Shown: positions 17,952-26,701, counted from the first letter of the stretch. The stretch: DNA of 64,000 nt from a virus (IMGVR_UViG_2974655058_000001:7652-71651), one strand, 5' to 3'. Notes: generated by a model from the letters alone, not told the origin. A program made the numbers and translations.

Positions 17952-18256
17952 TTCAGATCCTTTTCATTAATTAGAATATTTGTAAACAGTGGAGTAAATC
18001 CTAGACTCATAGTAGGTCCAAACGTATTCATGGCTACCCACAATTGCATAGTGATCATCCCATCTTTAATCTCTGGATCTTTATATTCTTCGATACGTTT
18101 TTTGGCAAAGGCAACTACATCTGGGTTATTTTTATTTTTCTGGATATAGTCATGCCAAAACTGGGCATTCTCACTACGTAGGAATGTTAAAATATCCTTA
18201 GTTGCTGGGATCTGCACTGTGCTATTAATATTTAGTCTTTTCACGTTCTTTTCCAT
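17948..18256 (-). CDS. hypothetical protein
   Basis: start trimmed to the ATG behind an AAGGAG RBS, 1 nt after the upstream stop. Confidence 0.5.
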   Translation of the reverse strand: MEKNVKRLNINSTVQIPATKDILTFLRSENAQFWHDYIQKNKNNPDVVAFAKKRIEEYKDPEIKDGMITMQLWVAMNTFGPTMSLGFTPLFTNILINEKDLK

Positions 18257-18257
18257 G

Positions 18258-18560
18258 TTACTCTTCTCCTTCAAAGTCGCAATCATAACGACAAGTAAAA
18301 GAATCGGAACTATTAGTACGTTGAGTGGTTATTTCACCGCGTTTGCTAATAGTAACGGCTGGAGTAGAGAAGTTTTTGTTAGTGTATATTTCTACTTTAC
18401 CATTACGTTCCTTAACATCACGTACTTTACCATACTCGGTAATAATGCCGTTCTGTTGGACTTTAACATTACCATTTTTCATAGAAACTTTGGTAGATGC
18501 CAGAGAACCGAAACTAACTGCGGAGATCATCAGTGCAATAATAAACTTATTCATCTTCAT
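18258..18560 (-). CDS. secreted/periplasmic protein with a signal peptide
   Basis: MKMNKFIIALMISAVSFGSLAS signal peptide behind a GGAGG RBS. Confidence 0.55.
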   Translation of the reverse strand: MKMNKFIIALMISAVSFGSLASTKVSMKNGNVKVQQNGIITEYGKVRDVKERNGKVEIYTNKNFSTPAVTISKRGEITTQRTNSSDSFTCRYDCDFEGEE

Positions 18561-18828
18561 CCTCCCCACTACAATCACGACATACATCATAATCGTTGAA
18601 AGAACGTTCGTGAGCTTCACACCACCAAGAACAAGAATCGCAGAGGAACATTTCGGTTTTTTCCAGTGCTTGACCTAAAAGATCATCAGCTTCCTCAGCA
18701 GTAATCTTCAATCCACACACATCTGCCACACGTTCTTTAATTAAACGACCTGCTTCGTGGTAAGACATACAGGTTCCCACAACATCATGTTCAAGAACAT
18801 GAATGGCACAGTCTAGGCGATTTTTCAT
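18547..18828 (-). CDS. Cys-rich hypothetical protein
   Basis: multiple CxxC pairs. Confidence 0.5.
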   Translation of the reverse strand: MKNRLDCAIHVLEHDVVGTCMSYHEAGRLIKERVADVCGLKITAEEADDLLGQALEKTEMFLCDSCSWWCEAHERSFNDYDVCRDCSGEDEDE

Positions 18829-18904
18829 TTCAAACCTCTCTCATCAATTTATAAATATATTATAGCAAGAAAAGAGAGGTTTAGCAAATGAATTATTTCA
18901 GAAT

Positions 18905-19252
18905 TTAGTCATAGCACCACCATAATCCACGCTTACGCATGTCATGATCGCGATTATAGTCGTAATTTTCCGGATCTTTCATCACGCGGTGGAGTTCTTG
19001 ACGATTCCCTTGACGAACCATTTTATTAGAGTGCCACTTAACATTCTTACTAATGGAATTCCAGTTATAACCATCCTTTTTCTCATTACGAATGGTTGCT
19101 TCCTTCATTTCCTGTTCTACATCATCCCAGGATTTAGCATAAATAACACGAATCCAGTAGCCATTTTCTTTGAGGAAAGAATATTCTTGAGAGAATTGTT
19201 CTTTAGACTTCCACCACTGATCACCAGATTGTCTACGATAAGTACGGCTCAT
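18905..19252 (-). CDS. hypothetical protein (Trp-rich)
   Basis: ORF track. Confidence 0.5.
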   Translation of the reverse strand: MSRTYRRQSGDQWWKSKEQFSQEYSFLKENGYWIRVIYAKSWDDVEQEMKEATIRNEKKDGYNWNSISKNVKWHSNKMVRQGNRQELHRVMKDPENYDYNRDHDMRKRGLWWCYD

Positions 19253-19335
19253 ATTACCTCCATTAAGTCTTTTAAATTAACCTAATGTGGATGAATTTTA
19301 TTATACATAAACTATTTTCCTGTACACAGAAAAAC

Positions 19336-19373
19336 CCCAGACTACTTATTCAATAGCTGGGGTTTGTTATTAA
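19336..19373. terminator. bidirectional terminator hairpin CCCCAG...CTGGGG
   Basis: stem with T-runs on both sides. Confidence 0.55.
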
Positions 19374-19688
19374 TTACAGATCGGGGCGTTCATCTTCGAA
19401 ACAGCCTGAGCTAATTCCTTCTCCGAATCCTACAAAGCCATCAAATTCGTCATTTGAGATGCCCATAATCATTGCTTCCATTTTCCTAATCTCCGAGATT
19501 TTCATGCCTGCTTTACTATTCTTATAGTACTTGCGAGGGTTCCCACACATCCAACAAGAACAGATGCAAGGAGTAGTAGTAATAATACCTAACCGTTTAG
19601 GGCTTTCTTCATGTGGGAAGACTGTCCAATACTTTTTGCGATTGTTCTTCACACGTTGCCGGTGATGGCGTCTCAATGCTCGATCCAC
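19374..19688 (-). CDS. basic Cys-containing hypothetical protein
   Basis: ORF track. Confidence 0.5.
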   Translation of the reverse strand: MDRALRRHHRQRVKNNRKKYWTVFPHEESPKRLGIITTTPCICSCWMCGNPRKYYKNSKAGMKISEIRKMEAMIMGISNDEFDGFVGFGEGISSGCFEDERPDL

Positions 19689-19769
19689 ACATTTCTCCTA
19701 AAACTTGGGAGATAAATGGAGTTTGCTCGACTACCTTGCGTAGCTGGGAGAAATCGTATCCAAACCCCA

Positions 19770-20138
19770 TTACATCGCCTGAGTAAATGTACGACTAATA
19801 ACGTCGTTCTGTTGTTCACGAGTCAGTGCGTTAAAACGTACAGCGTACCCTGAAACACGGATAGTTAATTGAGGGTATTTTTCAGGATGTTTCTGGGCAT
19901 CCAAAAGCTGATCACGACTTAACACATTGACATTTAAGTGCTGACCTCCCTCTATTTGAGGAACTACTTCCACCTTGACTTCACGAAAGGACTCTGGGTC
20001 AAAATGGGGTGTAATACCCTCTAGATCCTCAACCAGAACTTTTTGTTTAAGTTCGCCATTTTTAGAGTACAGTTGAATAATCTGATTATCATGAACAAGG
20101 TTAATTACGCCAGACTTAAGATTTTGATATGCTTTCAT
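19770..20138 (-). CDS. grcA: autonomous glycyl-radical cofactor (GrcA/YfiD-like)
   Basis: [11 protein letters not shown]...[20 protein letters not shown] matches E. coli YfiD, including the RVSGY glycyl-radical motif. Confidence 0.8.
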   Translation of the reverse strand: MKAYQNLKSGVINLVHDNQIIQLYSKNGELKQKVLVEDLEGITPHFDPESFREVKVEVVPQIEGGQHLNVNVLSRDQLLDAQKHPEKYPQLTIRVSGYAVRFNALTREQQNDVISRTFTQAM

Positions 20139-20180
20139 TAGATCTCCCTGATGTTAGAAATTGGCTCAGCTCTTTATTCT

Positions 20181-20375
20181 CTATAGTTTACCACGATATA
20201 CAGAAACTGTCTTACCAGTTTGGTTCATAACGTATGCTACTTCATCTTCTTTTAAGAAGATTGCTTGATCTATTCCAGAAATAGCTATGCTTTTATTTCT
20301 GGGATTAAACCCTACGCTTTTACCAACATGAATCTGCTCACCACCATCAGTGGACATTATTTTAACTGTTAACAT
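20181..20375 (-). CDS. hypothetical small protein
   Basis: ORF track. Confidence 0.45.
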   Translation of the reverse strand: MLTVKIMSTDGGEQIHVGKSVGFNPRNKSIAISGIDQAIFLKEDEVAYVMNQTGKTVSVYRGKL

Positions 20376-20412
20376 AATTGCTCCTATATTTAGCTATCTC
20401 TAGCTCTGTTAA

Positions 20413-20488
20413 TGGTAGTTAGTAGTGGATTTGAACCACTGTAGTCGCTCCGTATGAAGGAGGTGCATAACCACTCTGCCAACTAACT
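20413..20488 (-). tRNA. tRNA (anticodon CAT; Met/fMet/Ile-lysidine type)
   Basis: cloverleaf with T-arm GGTTCAAATCC, CCA encoded, anticodon loop TTCATAC. Confidence 0.7.
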
Positions 20489-20584
20489 ATTATGTTTTAT
20501 TAGACTAAGTAAGTATTCTTTATACTCTATAGACCAATTAGCTTTTTTAAACTTTCCTGGACGCATAGTCTTAATTCCTAAATT

Positions 20585-20661
20585 TGGTACTCCGGGAGGG
20601 ATTTAAACCCCCGATCTCTCGGTTATCAGCCGAGTGCTTTAGATCGCTAAGCTACCGAAGC
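20585..20661 (-). tRNA. tRNA-Ile (GAT)
   Basis: acceptor GCTTCGG/CCGGAGT, anticodon loop CTGATAA, CCA encoded. Confidence 0.75.
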
Positions 20662-20662
20662 A

Positions 20663-20869
20663 TTAACATTTAATTGCAGAACGTTTACCATTTCTAGGCG
20701 CACCTGGAAGTCGTGCACGTTCTGCCATTCTTCGCTTAATCTTTGAGATATTTTCTAGTGTTTGTTCTTCAGGCTTAATACCTGAAACACTACACCACTG
20801 ATTACCATCCCATGCGGTAATGATCATAACACCATTACCCGTAATCTTTTCTGTGAAAGTAATTCTCAT
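20663..20869 (-). CDS. hypothetical small protein
   Basis: ORF track; start trimmed to the TAATG overlap. Confidence 0.45.
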   Translation of the reverse strand: MRITFTEKITGNGVMIITAWDGNQWCSVSGIKPEEQTLENISKIKRRMAERARLPGAPRNGKRSAIKC

Positions 20870-21162
20870 TATAGCAACTCGTCTAAGCAAGAGGTATATT
20901 TAAGTTTACCATCTTTATCTACTTTGATTTCGACTTCCGCCCGTGGTACTTGACGAACTACACCATGAATCATCTTATAGTTAATAGACTTAGACGGTTC
21001 ATAATCTTTTGGAAAGACTTGCTTAACCGTTACTACCTTGTACCCATCACGCGGTGTTAGTACAACTACTTGATCGCCTTCTTTGATTTTCCAAGAAGAT
21101 GGAAATTCATAGGTATAGCGTTGACCACCAGTTTGGAACATAACAGAAAGATAACGTTTCAT
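20869..21162 (-). CDS. hypothetical protein
   Basis: ORF track plus an upstream promoter module. Confidence 0.5.
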   Translation of the reverse strand: MKRYLSVMFQTGGQRYTYEFPSSWKIKEGDQVVVLTPRDGYKVVTVKQVFPKDYEPSKSINYKMIHGVVRQVPRAEVEIKVDKDGKLKYTSCLDELL

Positions 21163-21236
21163 TTGGCTTCCCTCTCGTTAATTTATATAAATATTATAAC
21201 AATAAATAAGAGAGAAAGCAAATGAATTTTTAAATT

Positions 21237-21312
21237 TGGTGCTCCCACCAGGAATCGAACCCGGTTCAGATGCTTACAAGGCAACTGCATCGCCAACAAT
21301 GCTTTAGGAGCA
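21237..21312 (-). tRNA. tRNA-Thr (TGT)
   Basis: T-arm GGTTCGATTCC, anticodon loop CTTGTAA. Confidence 0.65.
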
Positions 21313-21477
21313 AAAACCCGTTATTTCAACGGGATTTCTTTTTCAATAACAGGAGACTTATCAGTCATAACTGTCATTGCCATTTGTTGTAGAAATTCAA
21401 AGGTGAAGGCTACACGTTCTTCACCAATCTCTACTTCTACACGTTTCTTTTGTTTATCGATCTTGACTTTTAGGTTA

Positions 21478-21729
21478 TCAGCCATTAGAGAGTACAGTAC
21501 TGGTAGTTGGCAATACTACAGATGAAGCAACAGTGTTTAAATGCTTTCTCCAGTCTAGGTTAAATTGTTTTCGAAACTCTTCATAAGGTTCTTCTGGATA
21601 AAAGCTAAAACCTCCTTTCTCGTCATTCAGGATAACAGAGCCGTCAGTTTGTTCGTATGCTCGGTATGTTTCTCCAATAACAATAATTCGTTTATCGGTA
21701 CTTTTATTACGAAACTCAAAAACGTGCAT
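21478..21729 (-). CDS. hypothetical protein
   Basis: ORF track. Confidence 0.5.
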   Translation of the reverse strand: MHVFEFRNKSTDKRIIVIGETYRAYEQTDGSVILNDEKGGFSFYPEEPYEEFRKQFNLDWRKHLNTVASSVVLPTTSTVLSNG

Positions 21730-21745
21730 AATGTTTCCTTAAAGT

Positions 21746-21821
21746 TGGAGCGGCTAGAGGGAATCGAACCCTACTCAGCGAGGCTTGGAAGGCCTGCGAC
21801 ACAACCCGTGTGCTTAACCGC
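21746..21821 (-). tRNA. tRNA-Gly (TCC)
   Basis: acceptor GCGGTTA/TAGCCGC, loop CTTCCAA. Confidence 0.65.
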
Positions 21822-21829
21822 TTATTATT

Positions 21830-21905
21830 TGGCTGGAGAAGGAGGAATCGAACCTACCATTAACGGAGTCAAAGGCCGTTGTGCTAACCGTTACACTACT
21901 CTCCA
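21830..21905 (-). tRNA. tRNA-Gln (TTG)
   Basis: acceptor TGGAGAG/TTCTCCA, loop CTTTGAC. Confidence 0.7.
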
Positions 21906-21911
21906 ATAATT

Positions 21912-21987
21912 TGGCTGGGATGCCACGGATCGAACGTGGAACCTTCGGAGTCAGAGGCCGACGATCTGCCAATTGATCTACATCCCA
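21912..21987 (-). tRNA. tRNA-Gln (CTG)
   Basis: acceptor TGGGATG/CATCCCA, loop CTCTGAC. Confidence 0.7.
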
Positions 21988-22000
21988 ATAATTCTTTACT

Positions 22001-22195
22001 CTATGGAAATAGAGTAACTGGCTCAGGTTCTTCAAGGCGCTTACCTTCATGATCTACTCGAATGACTCCGCATCCTTCGCAAACCACAACTGCACCATAA
22101 CCTTCTTTGACTTCGGCTTCTGTAATCAGACCAGATAAGTCACCAGTATCTCTGCCCCACATATCAATGGAGCATTGTTTGCAGAAATCAGCCAT
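22001..22195 (-). CDS. small Zn-ribbon-like protein
   Basis: CKQC...CEGC pairs. Confidence 0.45.
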   Translation of the reverse strand: MADFCKQCSIDMWGRDTGDLSGLITEAEVKEGYGAVVVCEGCGVIRVDHEGKRLEEPEPVTLFP

Positions 22196-22220
22196 AGTTT
22201 ATTTCCTATTTAAGTTAATT

Positions 22221-22297
22221 TGGGGTGGCTAGTGGAATTCGAATCCACATAGGCCTGATTCACAATCAGGATCATTAACCAATTATGATATAGCCAC
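22221..22297 (-). tRNA. tRNA-His (GTG)
   Basis: anticodon stem CCTGA/TCAGG, loop TTGTGAA. Confidence 0.75.
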
Positions 22298-22525
22298 AAT
22301 TGAAAACTCGCAGGGTTAGCGAAACCATCCTCAATTAGCATGTTCTAGAATACTAATCAAGTTATCTCCTATTGCACGCAGCTCAAGACGAGTACGAATT
22401 TTCAATTGTGGCGGCTCTCAGAAACTCTTCTATTCTAGCCTCAGAAGCTTACCCCGAACGCATGTCGGGAAAGTCTTTCCAAGCGCATCAAATAGCACCG
22501 TTACACTTTGAGCCATTGATGTATC

Positions 22526-22610
22526 AAGGAACAGAAGGAGTTGAACCTTCACGAGATAGACCATTTATCTCAACCGCTTTTAAGGTATATTTCTAGGAGT
22601 GGATGTTCCT
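22526..22610 (-). ncRNA. tRNA-like RNA (85 nt, complementary AGGAACA/TGTTCCT termini, T-arm GAAGGTTCAACTCCTTC, no clear anticodon arm)
   Basis: T-arm and acceptor pairing are present but the D and anticodon arms are not canonical. Confidence 0.3.
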
Positions 22611-22857
22611 AGTAAACCTATTCGGCAGTCCCGTCTACCAATTCCGGCATATTCCAAGAATTTTTATAAACCAGCAGAAGCCTCATTTAAGGCATCAACA
22701 ATAGCTTCACGTTGGGTCATTCCATACCCAGTGGAATCTAGGTGTGGCAAATAAGCCATCCATCCCTTATCTGTTTCATGAAGGCATGCTTTAAATTTTT
22801 TACCGTCCTTCATTGTTACAGTAACTGTTTTGCTCATAATGATTCCTTATAGTTAAT

Positions 22858-22947
22858 TGGAGGAAGGTAATGGAGTCGAACCATCACCGTATCACTACAG
22901 CGGGCTAGTTTTCAAGACTAGTTGCGTACCACTACGCCCTACCTTCC
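22858..22947 (-). tRNA. tRNA-Ser (TGA), class II
   Basis: 90 nt, long variable arm, loop CTTGAAA. Confidence 0.7.
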
Positions 22948-22954
22948 ATTTGTT

Positions 22955-23045
22955 TGGCGGAAGAGGAGAGATTTGAACTCTCAAGCCGTTTTACCAGTCA
23001 GCCACTTTCCAAGCGGTTTTCGTCGCCAATTCGATTTGCTCTTCC
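22955..23045 (-). tRNA. tRNA-Ser (GGA), class II
   Basis: 91 nt, loop TTGGAAA. Confidence 0.65.
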
Positions 23046-23157
23046 AATAATAAGATGATGCCTCTATCACACCAGGCAGTTACGCCTCGCTGGGATTCGA
23101 ACCCATTAAAACAGCTCAACCGAGATAGTAGGTTTAATTTACTCTGACCATCAAATT
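23046..23157 (-). ncRNA. tRNA-derived element: canonical T-arm (ATGGGTTCGAATCCCAG) without a matching acceptor stem
   Basis: T-loop motif at 23088-23104 flanked by tRNA genes; no 7-bp acceptor pairing found. Confidence 0.3.
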
Positions 23158-23234
23158 TGGTGCGTGACAAGGGATTCGAACCCTCAAAACCCGACTTCTA
23201 AGGACGGTATGTATGCCAATTCCATCAATCACGC
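23158..23234 (-). tRNA. tRNA with anticodon TAG (a Leu anticodon) but class-I architecture
   Basis: 77 nt, 5-nt variable loop, loop CTTAGAA, discriminator A73. Confidence 0.55.
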
Positions 23235-23239
23235 GTATT

Positions 23240-23318
23240 TGGTGGAGGATAACGAATTCGAATCGTTCTGATGTCCTCGGTGCAAGCGAGGTGTCCACCC
23301 CTAGCAGACCCATCCCCC
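23240..23318 (-). tRNA. tRNA-Ala (TGC)
   Basis: anticodon stem CCTCG/CGAGG, loop CTTGCAC. Confidence 0.7.
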
Positions 23319-23691
23319 AAATTCTTTAGTTTACTAAGGCTATTGGCTCGGCGTAACTACAGCACCTTCACTTCGAGCGGAAGGAACCGCGTCATCTCGC
23401 AAACCCGATACACTATTCAGTTGCCACTGAATCTAGTGGACTAATCTAGAACCTCTCCCAAATAGTAGGGATCGTGCTTTTTGGCAGCCAGTCCTAGGTC
23501 GAGCTAATACCTTAGTGAACTATGATGAGGATTTCTCCTCATCAATTTATATAAATATTATATCAAGAAATTAAGCATTAAGCAACTGCGTTTTTGAAAT
23601 TTCTTGGACTTGGTACTCGGTGATAGAATCTAACTATCGCTACCGCCGTGTAAAGACGGGGTTCTCTCATTAAACTAACCGAGCAAAAATT

Positions 23692-23769
23692 TGGTGGATT
23701 GCCTGGGATTCGAACCCAGAACTGACGGATTAAAGGTCCGCTACTCTTATCCAGTTGAGCTAGCAATCC
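23692..23769 (-). tRNA. tRNA-Lys (TTT), tentative
   Basis: acceptor GGATTGC/GCAATCC; loop CCTTTAA (position 33 is unusual). Confidence 0.55.
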
Positions 23770-24233
23770 AAATTCTCTACTAATAGTTTAAAAGCGTCTA
23801 ACAGAGGTACTTCAAACCATTCTCCTGATACTTTGTAGTCTTTCAGAAGATTATGTAATGCTTTTTCAGTTCTTCTCTTGTCCGAGGAGAATCTAAAATG
23901 GTATAACTTGTAATCACGATAGGGCGAATATGTTTGATAACTAGACAGTCTTTCATTTACGTCTACTGTCATACCTATCTTATAGAGTCCAGGCCACGCT
24001 GGGTTACCTATTACATATACAAACCCTTCTGTTATAGGGATTTTATGCTCCCTTTTATACTTCAGTAAGTTTAACGCTGCCATTCTATAACAGAACTTAA
24101 ACTCTGAGGATTTTAGTTTACCTTCTTTACCGGATATTTCGTTATACTTCTCCATATACCTACGTATTAAGGAGTCAGTAATAGTAAAGTGCTTTGGAAG
24201 ATCCAGGGCTTGAAGTACACGGTTAATAAGCAT
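23760..24233 (-). CDS. T5orf172 / GIY-YIG-like domain protein
   Basis: GLYKIGMT...NERL...YHFRF motif block of the T5orf172 domain; the gene end overlaps the tRNA-Lys gene by a few nt. Confidence 0.6.
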   Translation of the reverse strand: MLINRVLQALDLPKHFTITDSLIRRYMEKYNEISGKEGKLKSSEFKFCYRMAALNLLKYKREHKIPITEGFVYVIGNPAWPGLYKIGMTVDVNERLSSYQTYSPYRDYKLYHFRFSSDKRRTEKALHNLLKDYKVSGEWFEVPLLDAFKLLVENLDC

Positions 24234-24407
24234 AAACTTCCTTAATAGAATGGACTTTTAAGTAAGAATGATTAATCCCAAACTCCGCCATTACTTCTTT
24301 TTCATCTTTTCCATAATGTGCAAGTAAGGATCTTGAGGTATTATTACCTAAACGTTTGTCACTTACTACTAATCGAAATACTTTCATTTCGAAATCCTCT
24401 ATTAAAA

Positions 24408-24485
24408 TGGAAGCGGGTGCAGGAATCGAACCTACCTCTTTCTAGCTTATGAGACTAGCGATCTCTACCAGAGATCTAACCCGCA
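24408..24485 (-). tRNA. tRNA (anticodon CAT) with a 1:72 mismatch (initiator-like feature)
   Basis: loop CTCATAA; T1 is unpaired with T72. Confidence 0.6.
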
Positions 24486-24491
24486 ATTGTT

Positions 24492-24569
24492 TGGTCTCCG
24501 TGGGAGGATTTGAACCCCCGACCCTATCGCCCCAAACGAAACGCTCTGGCCAAACTGAGCTACACGGAG
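24492..24569 (-). tRNA. tRNA-Pro (TGG)
   Basis: acceptor CTCCGTG/CACGGAG, loop TTTGGGG. Confidence 0.65.
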
Positions 24570-24942
24570 AATATTATTTCTTCAACCACAACAAAGATAA
24601 GCCCAGCATACTAAAGCCGCTAACTAATCCGATACATTTTTCTTCTATAGTAAAAGTATCTAGATTAAATGCTGTTATAGCTATGGGCATACACCATAAT
24701 GCCATAAAAACTTGAGCTATCTTGTGTTTCATTTTGCTTTCCTTCTCTTCACTTTATAAAATATATTATAAAGATAATTAAGCTGAATAGCAAATGAATT
24801 TTTAATAAATTTACTTATTGTGTAGGCTACCTGGAGGCTACCAACCCCACGGCTGACAAAGAAGTTTGCGAGACCTCTCTTAAATGTCAGAATAGACCCA
24901 CCGATCTATCGGAACCTACATAATAAGTAGACTTTATAGTGT

Positions 24943-25063
24943 CATTCTAGACAGGACTCGAACCTGTTATCACTTGTGCGGACTTACGAGAACCATTCTT
25001 TCACTCGAATCGAACGAGCTTCTGCCCTCGCCAAGCTGGTTTCCCCATCAACCACGCTAGAAT
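24943..25063 (-). ncRNA. 121-nt tRNA-like stable RNA candidate (perfect ATTCTAG/CTAGAAT termini, two T-arm-like hairpins)
   Basis: termini pair over 7 bp like an acceptor stem; internal T-arms ACAGGTTCGAGTCCTGT and GCTCGTTCGATTCGAGT; too long and irregular for a tRNA. Confidence 0.4.
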
Positions 25064-25185
25064 GTTTGATTGTTTTCAGTGCAAGAGTCCGAGTCTTGGA
25101 CACGACCGCTTCGCAAGTACATAGGCAGCTTATCATGAGTCAGCACTTCCGAATTGCTAGCTCCGTGTTCTGCACTGAAATTCTG

Positions 25186-25542
25186 TTAGTTTAACCGTAA
25201 AGTATTATCTACTTCACCATTAATTGTTCGGCAATCCTCTGGGATTGCTGGGGTGGCCTTGTATTCCCACCACTCAGCACCATCATATTCCCCACGTTCT
25301 AGCCAAGTTCCATCGGCAAACCATACATTACCATAAAGTAATTGTCCACCGTATCCAGAATCATACTCAAAGTCTAGATTATTAAGAAAATCCTCAATAT
25401 CTTCTTCTGTATAGCCTAAAGGTAATACCCAGACTTTTTTATCCCCATAATACCCAAATTCTATTTTAATACACTTAACTTCAGAATTAGTATTTTTTAA
25501 GGCAAGTAACAACTCTTCTTTAGCATTACGCATATTACGCAT
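25186..25542 (-). CDS. hypothetical protein
   Basis: ORF track. Confidence 0.5.
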   Translation of the reverse strand: MRNMRNAKEELLLALKNTNSEVKCIKIEFGYYGDKKVWVLPLGYTEEDIEDFLNNLDFEYDSGYGGQLLYGNVWFADGTWLERGEYDGAEWWEYKATPAIPEDCRTINGEVDNTLRLN

Positions 25543-25567
25543 AGTATATTCTCATACTGAATTAATT

Positions 25568-25644
25568 TGGCGCGACCGATGGGATTTGAACCCACATTCT
25601 CTCCCGTGACAGGGGAGTACCATTACCAAGCCAGCCCCGGTCGC
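25568..25644 (-). tRNA. tRNA-Asp (GTC)
   Basis: anticodon stem CTCCC/GGGAG, loop CTGTCAC. Confidence 0.75.
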
Positions 25645-25653
25645 ATGATCTGT

Positions 25654-25839
25654 TTATTCAGCTTTGAGTTTTTCAATAGCTGCATTAAGTTCTTTAAGAA
25701 ACTCTTTTCGTACATTAAGACGATTGAGACTTACTAGTATATCATGTTTAAGTTCTTCTATGTATTTCTTCTCAACTTCAATATTGTTGATAGTGCTATC
25801 ACGATGAACTTCTAGTTGCGCAATCACATTCTTGGACAT
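25654..25839 (-). CDS. small coiled-coil protein
   Basis: ORF track. Confidence 0.45.
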   Translation of the reverse strand: MSKNVIAQLEVHRDSTINNIEVEKKYIEELKHDILVSLNRLNVRKEFLKELNAAIEKLKAE

Positions 25840-25941
25840 GCTTGTTTCCTCAGTTATTAATGAAAATGGTATCTGTGGCTGAATTCGATGTCAGCAATGA
25901 TAGCTGGTTGGCTACCGGTTTACTTAACTCTACACAGAATT

Positions 25942-26024
25942 TGGCGGGCCGTGTAGGATTCGAACCTACGTTGTCTTTCGACACGGATTAACAATCCGCC
26001 GCCAAACCGCTTGGCTAACGACCC
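25942..26024 (-). tRNA. tRNA with anticodon GTT (an Asn anticodon) and a long class-II-like variable arm
   Basis: 83 nt; loop TTGTTAA; variable hairpin GTC-GAAA-GAC. Confidence 0.5.
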
Positions 26025-26033
26025 TAAGTTTGT

Positions 26034-26174
26034 GTTGCTGACTAGGATTTTCACCTAGACGGAGTTAGCACCGTAGCGTGTAGCGGCATACCTCTCCAAA
26101 CCGTGCCTCATCTTTCAATTACGGAGACAGTGTTCCTACGCGTGCCTGAATTGATTTAACAATTCTTTCAGCAA
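26034..26174 (-). ncRNA. 141-nt structured RNA candidate (perfect TTGCTGA/TCAGCAA termini, non-canonical T-arm-like hairpin CTAGGTGAAAATCCTAG)
   Basis: complementary 7-nt termini plus internal hairpins; sits between tRNA genes. Confidence 0.35.
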
Positions 26175-26176
26175 AT

Positions 26177-26253
26177 TGGACGACCGCATGAGATTTGAAC
26201 TCACATAAAAAGGATTTGCAATCCTTCGCCTAAGCCATTCAGCCAACGGTCGG
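26177..26253 (-). tRNA. tRNA-Cys (GCA)
   Basis: anticodon stem AAGGA/TCCTT, loop TTGCAAA. Confidence 0.75.
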
Positions 26254-26430
26254 TTTATCTTGTTTTTCGAGATCTTCAAATTCTAGATCATTGAAGTTCC
26301 CTAGAGTACGGGTATAGAACCCATCCCCTGAGTCATAGCCTGATTTACCACAATCACACATTTTAAATTCACGAAGATGTGTGAAAATATGCTCAGAACC
26401 ACAACACTTAAATTTAACTAACTTTCTCAT
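26239..26430 (-). CDS. small Cys-rich Zn-binding-like protein
   Basis: CCGSEH...CDCG; the gene end overlaps the tRNA 5' region by a few nt. Confidence 0.4.
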   Translation of the reverse strand: MRKLVKFKCCGSEHIFTHLREFKMCDCGKSGYDSGDGFYTRTLGNFNDLEFEDLEKQDKPTVG

Positions 26431-26669
26431 TTAACACGCTCCGGTAGATCTTCTAGTTTATATTCAGTAGCCACATTAGCAGCATCTAAAAGTAATCCCA
26501 TGTGTTTAAGGATTTTAGTGATAGATTCGCCTTCGGCTTCTTCTACGAAAGAACGTAGATGAACAAAGTCAATTCCACCGTCCATACCAGAGAAAATATT
26601 TAGTAAGCGAAGCATTACCAGCTTACGTTCATTCAATTCTTGTTCTGTCATGTTGCTTCTCCAGTTCAA
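26427..26669 (-). CDS. hypothetical protein
   Basis: ORF track plus a promoter module upstream. Confidence 0.5.
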   Translation of the reverse strand: MNWRSNMTEQELNERKLVMLRLLNIFSGMDGGIDFVHLRSFVEEAEGESITKILKHMGLLLDAANVATEYKLEDLPERVK

Positions 26670-26701
26670 TTTATGTAATAATTATATAGAACTTTAAGCA
26701 G

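Noticed and set aside
21565-21909. 114-aa plus-strand ORF
   Set aside because: It overlaps three tRNA genes (Gly, Gln, Gln) on the opposite strand.
22372-22596. 74-aa plus-strand ORF
   Set aside because: It overlaps the tRNA-like element 22526..22610 and has no RBS; it sits in tRNA spacer sequence.
22226-23265. Plus-strand orientation of the palindromic T-loop segments (GAATTCGAATCC, AACGAATTCGAATCGTT)
   Set aside because: Only the minus-strand reading gives the canonical T54-T55-C56 loop and matching acceptor stems.
23578-23766. 62-aa minus-strand ORF
   Set aside because: It overlaps tRNA-Lys and a promoter module.
24449-24715. 88-aa plus-strand ORF
   Set aside because: It overlaps the tRNA-Pro and tRNA-Met genes on the opposite strand.
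24976-25194. 72-aa plus-strand ORF
   Set aside because: It is embedded in the 121-nt tRNA-like RNA candidate and spacer.
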